This document shows positions 56,366 through 64,000 of a stretch of DNA of 64,000 nt, one piece after another. Below the pieces are notes generated by a model, which saw only the letters and a program-made list of their open reading frames with translations, ran no database searches and was not told the origin of the DNA. Position numbers and translations under genes: made by a program. Within the stretch, counting starts at the first letter, position 1; each line of letters opens with the position of its first letter. Origin of the DNA: Candidatus Thorarchaeota archaeon (GTDB taxonomy: Archaea; Asgardarchaeota; Thorarchaeia; Thorarchaeales; Thorarchaeaceae); the NCBI GenBank assembly GCA_048882485.1, contig JBHLRP010000002.1, positions 38,527-102,526 of the forward strand, written 5' to 3'.

Positions 56366-57469
56366 TTACTCACTCCAAGTCTGCACAAGAAGCTCCAAAT
56401 ATCTTCTTGCGGTATCTGAACCAAGCTTTTTCTCTTCAATCTTTGTTGCGACTATCGGAAGAATATACTCCGGCATGAAGATTTCCATCTTTGGATTGGT
56501 TATTAGTGCCCAAACTCCTTCTTCCTCGAAATTTGCAACAATTCTTTCTGCTTCCATGGCCCATAACGCCTTCTGAACAACTTCATCAGGGAATGAGATT
56601 TCACTGGCAATTTGACCAAGACGAAGTGGCCCATTTCTTAGGCAGTCTAGAACTGCGTAGTTGATACTGTTTGCCATAATTCTGGCAATCTTCTCTCTAT
56701 CTTCTAGAATTGGCGAATTGGGATCAGTGACCGGCAAAGTGGGATTATAGCCCTTCGTTGGTGGGTCCGGAGAAAAGAAATTCTTCAGATACTCTTGATA
56801 TTGGGGCATTAAATTAGGATGAGCAACACTAGTAGCATTGAATGACTTAGTAGGTGGAGATCTGTGTGGGAACACATCTTTCAACAGAAAAGCTGTTTCC
56901 AACTTACCGATGATTTCCACCGCGACGATTCCTGAATCCATCAGGGGCGTCATAGCTTCCCTCAAGTCCACATTGTCACTCTGAATTTGATTCTTCAGCC
57001 ACATGGACAGTTTGGCAGTACTCTCAACACCCTCCGAGTGGAGCCTTTCCAAAAGAAGGGCCGAGGAAGGTGTCATGTAAATAGCGGCCGCCTTTTGCTC
57101 GTCATCGACAACAGGCATGGAGCTTTTCTTAGTCAAGACTTCTTCAATATCTAATGATTCTGGATCCGCAATCATGAGTTCCAGCATGAATCTGCCCATC
57201 CCTTTGAGTTCATGCGAGATATCCGCCAGAACATCATCCTCGTTTAGTACATAGCACACTGTCCAGCCTGGAAATGTTTCCATTGCAAAGGAGGCAATTC
57301 TCATCCCTTCAATCTCAGAATCTCTGATTTCCTCTTCTTTTCCTTGCTGACGCTCAAAATAGACGAGATTGAGCATGGTTTCCGTCAATGCAAGAGAAGA
57401 GGGATGACGCTTCTTCACAAGGAAACCATGAAAATCATCTAATTGAATGATGAAGGCGGCTTCTGGCAT
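56366..57469 (-). CDS. uDENN/longin-like N-domain plus winged-helix domains (NPRL2/folliculin-like architecture)
   Basis: AFIIQLDDFHGFLVKKRHP start; wH motifs LMDSGIV and LGQIASEI.....VVQKALWAMEAERIV. Confidence 0.6.
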   Translation of the reverse strand: MPEAAFIIQLDDFHGFLVKKRHPSSLALTETMLNLVYFERQQGKEEEIRDSEIEGMRIASFAMETFPGWTVCYVLNEDDVLADISHELKGMGRFMLELMIADPESLDIEEVLTKKSSMPVVDDEQKAAAIYMTPSSALLLERLHSEGVESTAKLSMWLKNQIQSDNVDLREAMTPLMDSGIVAVEIIGKLETAFLLKDVFPHRSPPTKSFNATSVAHPNLMPQYQEYLKNFFSPDPPTKGYNPTLPVTDPNSPILEDREKIARIMANSINYAVLDCLRNGPLRLGQIASEISFPDEVVQKALWAMEAERIVANFEEEGVWALITNPKMEIFMPEYILPIVATKIEEKKLGSDTARRYLELLVQTWSE

Positions 57470-57535
57470 TTGTCGTTCCCACCTCGGACAGACAATCATT
57501 GCATAAAAGAATGACCGTTATGTATTCCTTGCGCC

Positions 57536-57922
57536 CTATTCTAAATGCTCAATGCACTGGATGTTTCCATTTTCATCCAGGATCCAGCAATTCTCGCATA
57601 CAGAAATCCCACAGATTGCGCATATTCCGATATGATGATTCAGTCCTTCGAACTTGCGGACTCTACCATTCACTGAATGGATATCGCAGTACATGCTACC
57701 GCAACGATTGCATGACAGAATAGCATCATTTCTACAGAGCACACATGAAGATTTTCCCTGGGCTTGAATGAGTTTGCCCTCTCGTGCATAGCCGGGGCAG
57801 GCTTTAACTTCACAGAATCCTATTCCTTTGTAGCTGCCGCAATGGGTGCAGTAAGGGTCAAGGACTGATTTGTTTCTCTTCATTGCCTTTTGGTGCTCCA
57901 GTTCTTGAGAAGGCGCTCTCAC
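57536..57922 (-). CDS. Multi-Zn-finger protein (B-box/AN1/LIM-like Cys-His clusters)
   Basis: CTHC..C...C; CVLC..CNRC...CDIH; CAIC...CENC...CIEH. Confidence 0.75.
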   Translation of the reverse strand: MRAPSQELEHQKAMKRNKSVLDPYCTHCGSYKGIGFCEVKACPGYAREGKLIQAQGKSSCVLCRNDAILSCNRCGSMYCDIHSVNGRVRKFEGLNHHIGICAICGISVCENCWILDENGNIQCIEHLE

Positions 57923-57989
57923 AGACTGCAGAATGAGGTGTTAGAAAGGATGAAAAGGATTTCTTTGCCAACGAAAGGAGTGGACCCCA

Positions 57990-60293
57990 ATGGACATTGA
58001 GAAGCACACTCTCATCATCCCGACAACTGCAGCCCGTAGTATCCAGTTAGCGGGAGGTCCACCAATGGAGCAGGCTATTCCGGAGGATTATGTTCTTACA
58101 TCAATGGTAATGCGCGCTCTTGAGGCTCGAAATGGCCAGGAACTGGAGTTTGTCCTTAAGACATACTATCCCATAATGGTCGTGCAGTCTTCAATACCCA
58201 ATTTCTGCTTCTTAATTGAGCTACTCGGAATTAGCTCTGGGAGTTTGCTGCCCATGACTGGGAATGATATCTCAGGCATTCAGAACTGCATTGAATCATC
58301 TGAAACCCCAAACCAACTCCAAAAGTGCATTGAAGATACACACGACTTGGTTGCCTCCCTGATGAAGAGCAATGAGATGACCATTCCAGGATTGCTCTCC
58401 GGAGAGCAGGCTGATGGGATTTCAGACCTTATGGATTGGCCAATAAGTGATGTTCTGGAGGAATTTGGTCTTCTTTTGCCAGAGGCCATAAGCAGCAAAG
58501 AAGTATCTCGCTTGTTTGACACTCTATTCGAAACCTCCCGTGTCCTTGGTTCGGTAAATGATCTTCTCTCAAAACTGCTGGATATGATTCATCAGAAAAT
58601 CATGAATATTGTTGGTGAGAGAAAATCTGAGTCATCTCACAAGACCAACAGACTGCAGCAACGAATAGAGTTCTTGAAAAGAGAAATCGAGATGCTCGAT
58701 TCTCGTTTGGAACAAAGGCGCGATGCCGCAGAATTGATGCATGAAAGAAAAGCAAGAGCTGATGCGCTAAAGAGGGATGAGGCACGGCTCGAGGAATTGC
58801 TTGGGCGCACTCGCGACACCTCAAAGAAGCTGCTGGAACAAGAAGAGCTTCTGCGCAATGAGATTAATGCAATGAGTTCCGCAGTTCGAAAGCAAAGGGA
58901 GCTGCTCGATAATTACCTTGTACCACTTAGAGGGATTGAAATTCAGGACAAATCATCACTTCTTCTAATACCCTTTGTCATGGCTGGTTTCTCTAAGAAG
59001 GGGCGCTTGAAAATCGTGGTATATCCACCTTCTCGACTAAAGGATGAGCGACAAAAAGTTGGGCGCTTGCGGGAATTTGCTGACGTCTTCGTACCTTCTT
59101 CAGATGCGATGAGTTCCTTAGCAAGCATAATCAATAGCCGTGCAAACAGAGATGTGACCCTGAGGAAACATATCAGAGAACTCTCAAAAGAGATGAGTCT
59201 TCTAGCTTCAAAACGCGCCCGCAAGTTGCTTCGTGAAGGGACTCAAGCTCTTGTAGCGGATGGCTTGATCAAGAGGTCAATGATGCAGGAGCTGGACTCA
59301 ATTCTCGATGGGATTCCTGAGCAAAGCATCAAAGCCAGGAGAGTGAAAAGGTCCAAAGTCTTTCCTGCTGGAGACGCCGCTTGTAGGGTTAGATTCCACG
59401 TATATGACGATTCAGGAAATCCAGTGCCTGGAGCTGCTCTTGAGTTGGGTGCTTTTACCGCGAGTTCTGATTCCAAGGGAGTGATAAAAGCCTCCTTTCC
59501 AAAGAGCAATTATGAGGGACGAGTTAGTGCCAGAGGCTATCGTGAGCGCCAGTTGGAGTTCACGCTCAATACGCCAGGAAACATCGTCGTTCCGATAGTA
59601 CTTAGCCCGCTTTCAAAAGAAGAGAAATTGGATAAAGAGCTGGATGTCCTCATTGATCGTGCAAACAGAATTGAACGTATTCGGGAACGGCTCGGAGAAG
59701 CATTTGAGAAACAAGGGGCTACACTTCTGAAAATTCCAGCATACAGAAGTGCGTTGGTCGAATTGCTATCTGAGCTAGGATATGATGCGGAAGCTTGGAT
59801 TGCTCAGGCAAGAAGGAAACGAGGCATGGTCAAAGGTCTGCTCAAACGAGACGATCGAATTGATGGTGTGAGAAGAGACATACTACGACTTGCTGAGGAG
59901 TCCAGGGAGTCTGGTGGTGTGATGCTCTTCTCCAAACTGCTTTTGCGTCTTGATAATATGGGTTGGGCGACTAGTTCAGATGAAGCGGAAGCCATTATCA
60001 GGCACATGTCAAAGGAAGGTCTCATTGAAGGACTTTCCACCCTCGAGAGTGGAGCTGTGATTGTGAAATTCATTCCAGTTGCTTTGACTGATGACCCTCA
60101 GCAGCTCATGAGTCTCGCAGCAGAAGGTGATGGAAGTCTGACTATTGAGGCAGCGATTGTGAAGCTTGGTTGGACTGAAGAGCGCGTCAAGAACGCATTG
60201 GATCTGCTCGTTGAAGAGGGTGTCGCCAAGATGCAAAGGAGCTATTCTAAGAGTACACAATATTGGTTCCCCGGGCTTCGGGGAAAGAAATAA
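57990..60293 (+). CDS. Multidomain protein: coiled coil, beta-sandwich (carboxypeptidase-regulatory-like) and C-terminal EAP30/Vps22-36 tandem winged helix (ESCRT-II-like)
   Basis: SGGVM...L, P..LT.D...L..LA...G.LT......LGW..ERV..AL..L..EG......YWFPGL; VYDDSGNPVPGA....SDSKG. Confidence 0.8.
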   Translation: MDIEKHTLIIPTTAARSIQLAGGPPMEQAIPEDYVLTSMVMRALEARNGQELEFVLKTYYPIMVVQSSIPNFCFLIELLGISSGSLLPMTGNDISGIQNCIESSETPNQLQKCIEDTHDLVASLMKSNEMTIPGLLSGEQADGISDLMDWPISDVLEEFGLLLPEAISSKEVSRLFDTLFETSRVLGSVNDLLSKLLDMIHQKIMNIVGERKSESSHKTNRLQQRIEFLKREIEMLDSRLEQRRDAAELMHERKARADALKRDEARLEELLGRTRDTSKKLLEQEELLRNEINAMSSAVRKQRELLDNYLVPLRGIEIQDKSSLLLIPFVMAGFSKKGRLKIVVYPPSRLKDERQKVGRLREFADVFVPSSDAMSSLASIINSRANRDVTLRKHIRELSKEMSLLASKRARKLLREGTQALVADGLIKRSMMQELDSILDGIPEQSIKARRVKRSKVFPAGDAACRVRFHVYDDSGNPVPGAALELGAFTASSDSKGVIKASFPKSNYEGRVSARGYRERQLEFTLNTPGNIVVPIVLSPLSKEEKLDKELDVLIDRANRIERIRERLGEAFEKQGATLLKIPAYRSALVELLSELGYDAEAWIAQARRKRGMVKGLLKRDDRIDGVRRDILRLAEESRESGGVMLFSKLLLRLDNMGWATSSDEAEAIIRHMSKEGLIEGLSTLESGAVIVKFIPVALTDDPQQLMSLAAEGDGSLTIEAAIVKLGWTEERVKNALDLLVEEGVAKMQRSYSKSTQYWFPGLRGKK

Positions 60294-60332
60294 GACCCTC
60301 TCAACTCAACCAGCCACATTGAGGAATTTCCA

Positions 60333-61121
60333 ATGAACCGTTTGTCGCATATGATATTTGCATTTTCTCTTTTCGTAGGAATGTACACGCTAATCTATGC
60401 CTTCAGTGTCTGGCTAGCTGGCTCTGGCCTTCTCTTTGATCTGCTGTTCTATTACATTGCAGGTGGTATTATTCTCACTATTTTTGCCGTGCCAATCCTG
60501 TTCTTCAAAGCCCCAAACAAAGACATGGCCAACCGAACGAGTAGCAACCGTGGTGCTGTGGGGGCGATGTCATTCATGACATTCTGCATTGGTTCACTTT
60601 GTGGAGCTGTTTATTATCAGTGGACTTCGGGAATTCTCTTCATTGGAGATATCTCCATTTTCATAGGTGCCGTGATAACGATGTCAGGCGCACTCATGCC
60701 AGACTGGGATATCCCATTTCTGGGAATAGCAAGACACAGAAACATCATTTTTCATTCCATAATTCTTCCGCTCCTCATTGTCTTGATGACGCTAGTTAAT
60801 GTTGCGCAAAGCATTGTTTCTTCATATTCATTGAGTATCGGGGCTCACACAGAATACTACATCACCGCCCTCTTTCTGATTGGATATGCCTCACATCTCT
60901 ACCTGGATATCTTTCCAAGTGATGCAAATCCATTGGAGATAATCTGGCGCTCTGTAGACATTACTAGCAGCGCTCCAACTGGATTGAAACCCTTTGGCCC
61001 TATTAATATCTCAAAGAAGAACGCTCGAATGTGGCTAGTAGGAAATGCAACCCTGCTAGCGCTCATTGCATTGGGATTGCTAGGACTCTACTTCTATAAT
61101 CTGACGCTTTTGGCACCGTAG
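60333..61121 (+). CDS. Membrane-bound metal-dependent hydrolase (YdjM/DUF457-like)
   Basis: SH near N-terminus, GALMPDWD, HR..FHS, GY.SHL.LD. Confidence 0.8.
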   Translation: MNRLSHMIFAFSLFVGMYTLIYAFSVWLAGSGLLFDLLFYYIAGGIILTIFAVPILFFKAPNKDMANRTSSNRGAVGAMSFMTFCIGSLCGAVYYQWTSGILFIGDISIFIGAVITMSGALMPDWDIPFLGIARHRNIIFHSIILPLLIVLMTLVNVAQSIVSSYSLSIGAHTEYYITALFLIGYASHLYLDIFPSDANPLEIIWRSVDITSSAPTGLKPFGPINISKKNARMWLVGNATLLALIALGLLGLYFYNLTLLAP

Positions 61122-61123
61122 GA

Positions 61124-61417
61124 TTAATCCCAATCGTCGTCGAGGAATTCATCCTCCTCTTCGAGTTCACGCTCAGGAGGCAAATCGCTATCCTCGTCAA
61201 AATCGTCTTCATCGTCATCCTCAAATAGAAATGTGTCAGGGTCGACTTCTTCTTCACTCTCTTCAAGTGCATCGGCTCGCTTTGCCTTCTTCTTGAGATG
61301 GCTTGCCATACATAGATTGTCCAAGGGATCGTAATGTTCGCATTCTGGGCAACACTCCCCTTTGTGATCGCAGGTATAGAATGCCCCGCATATCTTGCAA
61401 CACTTCAGTTCCGACAC
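61124..61417 (-). CDS. Small Cys-rich Zn-binding protein with acidic tail
   Basis: CCKICG..YTC....CCPEC..Y....NLC; D/E-rich C-terminus; ggtg SD. Confidence 0.7.
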   Translation of the reverse strand: MSELKCCKICGAFYTCDHKGECCPECEHYDPLDNLCMASHLKKKAKRADALEESEEEVDPDTFLFEDDDEDDFDEDSDLPPERELEEEDEFLDDDWD

Positions 61418-61552
61418 ATTTCTGCACCATGGAATTGTAGTAATACATATGAACTCTCATTTATGCCAAATAAGCGTGTCCCTGTGATACCGTTTTGCCG
61501 TCCAGTTAACGTTAAATGAGTCGAACTAGGATTTGTTTCAGAGTGGTTACAT

Positions 61553-63289
61553 TTGGACAGTCTTGAGAACGAGGTGCGCAAATTCGTCTTGGACAATGGG
61601 GTTAAGTATGATGGCAAGCCAACTGTTAAGTCGGTCATGAGTGCGATAATGGGTGCCAGAGCGGACTTGCGGTCTCGCGCTCGTGAGATAAAGGAAATCG
61701 CTCAACATCTAGTGACAGAAGTTGAGAAGATGTCAGTAGAGGAGCAGCGAGCCGAGCTGAAGATGATAGCCCCAGAAATGTTGGAGGTGCCTCCCGAGGC
61801 CATTGAAGATAAAGAACTTCCAGATCTTCCTAATGTCGACAAATGGCCCAAAGTAGTAATGCGACTTGCACCCTTTCCTTCTGGTCCATTGCATATCGGC
61901 AATGCAAGAATGGTTATTCTAAATGATTACTATGTCAAGAGATATGATGGTGAATTGATACTCGTCTTTGATGATACGATTGGTTCAGCAGATAAGGCAG
62001 TGGAGCCAGATGCCTTTGACCTGATTCCAGAAGGACTCGAATACCTCGATGTCAAGTGGCATCGTATTGTCTACAAATCTGATCGGTTGCAGATCTTCTA
62101 CAAATACGCAGTTGACCTCATCGAACGGAACGAGGCCTATGTATGCGACTGTGATGCTGATGTCTGGAGGACGGAGCATAAGGTCAAAGGAAAAGCTTGC
62201 AGTTGTAGCTTTCTGACCTCTAAGGAGAACCTCGCTAGATGGGAAAAGATGCTGGATGGAACGTATCCTGAGAGAGGTGCAGCTGTACGACTTAGGACAG
62301 GTATGACTGATCCAGATCCTGCTATGCGGGACCACGTGATTCTGCGAATCTCCGAAACGGAACATCACCGAGTGGGTACGAAATATCGGGTTTGGCCTCT
62401 CTTGGAGTATTCATGGGGCATTGACGACCATGAGCTTGGAGTCACGCATATCATTCGAGGCAAAGACTTGGTGAAAGAGGGTAAGATTGAGCAACACATC
62501 TGGAATATCTACGGATGGCAGCATCCCGAGCTTATCTACTTTGGCCGACTGAAATTCCAGGACGCCAAGCTCAGTAAGAGCAAGTCACGAAAGGAAGTGC
62601 TCGAGGGTGTCTATTCCGGATGGGATGACCCACGAACATGGAGTTTGCAGTCATTGCAGAAGCGGGGAATACATCCTGATGCTATTAGAAAAGCACTGCT
62701 TGATTTGGGTCTCAGCATCACTGACATCTCAATGTCAATGAAGGCTGTATATGCAGAGAATCGCAAGCTTCGTGATGCTGATGCACCCCGGGCATTCTTT
62801 GTGACATCGCCTATTTGGTTGGACTTGTACCAAGTTCCTGAAGGTATACAATCCGCAGAAGCTCCAGTGCATCCAGATTTTCCAAAGCGCGGTAAACGCA
62901 ATATACCGCTTTCACGTGAGAAAGCTGACTCGCTTGTGAGAGTTGGTATATCTGACGCAGACTATAGGAAATTGTCTGAAGGTGAAGTCTTTAGATTGAA
63001 GGACTTGGCAAATTTCACCCTGAAGAAAGGGAAGAAACCCCAGGGCGTTTTTCACAGTCTGGATGTTGATGAAATCCGCCAAGTTGGAGGCTCAATCATT
63101 CATTGGATTCCAAAGTCAGCCTCTGTGCCAGTTGAATTGACAATGATTGATGGAGAGCTGGTGACCGGGCTGGGCGAACCAGGAATGCGTGCTATTAGAG
63201 AAGGCACATTCCTCCAATTCGAGCGAGTGGGTTTTGCCCGAATCTATGAATCGGGTGACATTATCAAGGCTGCATTCTCACACAAATGA
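61553..63289 (+). CDS. gltX: Glutamate--tRNA ligase (archaeal type)
   Basis: RLAPFPSGPLHIGN, FDDT, YKSDR, HIIRGKD, KLSKS, GWDDPR, QFERVGF. Confidence 0.97.
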   Translation: MDSLENEVRKFVLDNGVKYDGKPTVKSVMSAIMGARADLRSRAREIKEIAQHLVTEVEKMSVEEQRAELKMIAPEMLEVPPEAIEDKELPDLPNVDKWPKVVMRLAPFPSGPLHIGNARMVILNDYYVKRYDGELILVFDDTIGSADKAVEPDAFDLIPEGLEYLDVKWHRIVYKSDRLQIFYKYAVDLIERNEAYVCDCDADVWRTEHKVKGKACSCSFLTSKENLARWEKMLDGTYPERGAAVRLRTGMTDPDPAMRDHVILRISETEHHRVGTKYRVWPLLEYSWGIDDHELGVTHIIRGKDLVKEGKIEQHIWNIYGWQHPELIYFGRLKFQDAKLSKSKSRKEVLEGVYSGWDDPRTWSLQSLQKRGIHPDAIRKALLDLGLSITDISMSMKAVYAENRKLRDADAPRAFFVTSPIWLDLYQVPEGIQSAEAPVHPDFPKRGKRNIPLSREKADSLVRVGISDADYRKLSEGEVFRLKDLANFTLKKGKKPQGVFHSLDVDEIRQVGGSIIHWIPKSASVPVELTMIDGELVTGLGEPGMRAIREGTFLQFERVGFARIYESGDIIKAAFSHK

Positions 63290-63351
63290 ATCGTACCAAG
63301 CGGCCAAAGATGACTTATAGCTGAGGCGCATTTCCTAGCATGGTGTCAATA

Positions 63352-64000
63352 TTGGCCAAGAAGAAGTCCGCAAAACCCAAGGTGTCTGCATCAATGTTCA
63401 AAATAACTGGTGCTCATGCCAAGATGAAGATTGATCAAAAGAAGGAGAAGATGTTCTACTTCAAAGAGAAGGTGAAGCCAGAGAAAGCTATGAAGAATGC
63501 CCTCAAGGATGGCGCAGATTTCCTCGAAGTATCTCCTGATGTAGCAAAGGCCTCCAAACCGGCTCTGAAGTATGAATTCTATTGCATCTATAATGCAATT
63601 CTTGAGCTCAAATTCCTTCGCCTTAGACGCCAAGAACTCGGTGTCAATGATCAGGTGTCGGGTGCATTTGTTGGTAAAGAGGTAATTCTGCCAAAGAAGG
63701 GCAAGACAATTCCAGGGAGAGCCCTTCATCTTGAGCTGATTGAACTCTTCGAGCTGAAGAGAACTGACGGAATGACTGTTGATGGAAAGACAGGTGGTCC
63801 AGCTGATGCTGTTGAGAAACTATTGAAAGGCCCAGGCAAGAAGAAGGCGACGCCGGCGTGGATTCGTAAAAACAAGATTGCCTCAGGGAAGTACAACTCG
63901 ATTGAGAAGGTTGTCAAGACCGTTGCCAAGCTTGCAGGCAGCAGGCCATCTGATGCAAAGCGAGTTACTGAACACAGTTTGACCTTCAAACGGCTTGATG
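63352..64000 (+). CDS. Lys-rich hypothetical protein, partial (runs off the window end)
   Basis: TTG 63352, MAKKKSAKPKV...; the frame is open to 64000 (checked by hand); absent from the ORF track because there is no stop. Confidence 0.8.
   Translation, partial: MAKKKSAKPKVSASMFKITGAHAKMKIDQKKEKMFYFKEKVKPEKAMKNALKDGADFLEVSPDVAKASKPALKYEFYCIYNAILELKFLRLRRQELGVNDQVSGAFVGKEVILPKKGKTIPGRALHLELIELFELKRTDGMTVDGKTGGPADAVEKLLKGPGKKKATPAWIRKNKIASGKYNSIEKVVKTVAKLAGSRPSDAKRVTEHSLTFKRLD

Noticed and set aside
63391-63989. Two minus-strand ORFs at the window end
   Set aside because: Shadows of the plus-strand ORF starting at 63352 that runs off the window

Overview
This is a gene-dense chromosomal segment from an archaeon, very probably an Asgard archaeon (Thorarchaeia-like). 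That call is inferred from gene content: Snf7/ESCRT-III, an EAP30/Vps22-36 winged-helix domain, a longin-fused small GTPase, a uDENN/longin-like protein, eS25, Fae domains, a tungsten AOR and an archaeal GluRS. There are about 60 CDSs. I saw no rRNA, tRNA, CRISPR array or recognisable mobile element. The main points of interest are: (1) two tandem DapA-family aldolase/Fae (formaldehyde-activating enzyme) fusions whose Fae halves have decayed in complementary ways, suggesting an undescribed formaldehyde-channelling pyruvate aldolase; (2) a chlI/chlD-like gene split at an A10 slippery site, where a -1 frameshift would add a transmembrane hairpin and a VWA domain; (3) two tandem, promoter-led, end-paired putative small RNAs with CU-rich loops in a 500-bp intergenic gap; (4) a divergent cluster of eukaryotic-signature genes (NPRL2/uDENN-like protein, longin-GTPase, multi-Zn-finger, EAP30 fusion); (5) eS25 with no canonical start codon and a histone-H1-like 5x15-aa tail; (6) a circularly permuted family-5 ABC solute-binding protein; and (7) a TPR-nitrilase fusion. 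All family calls come from motif recognition by eye; no searches were run.
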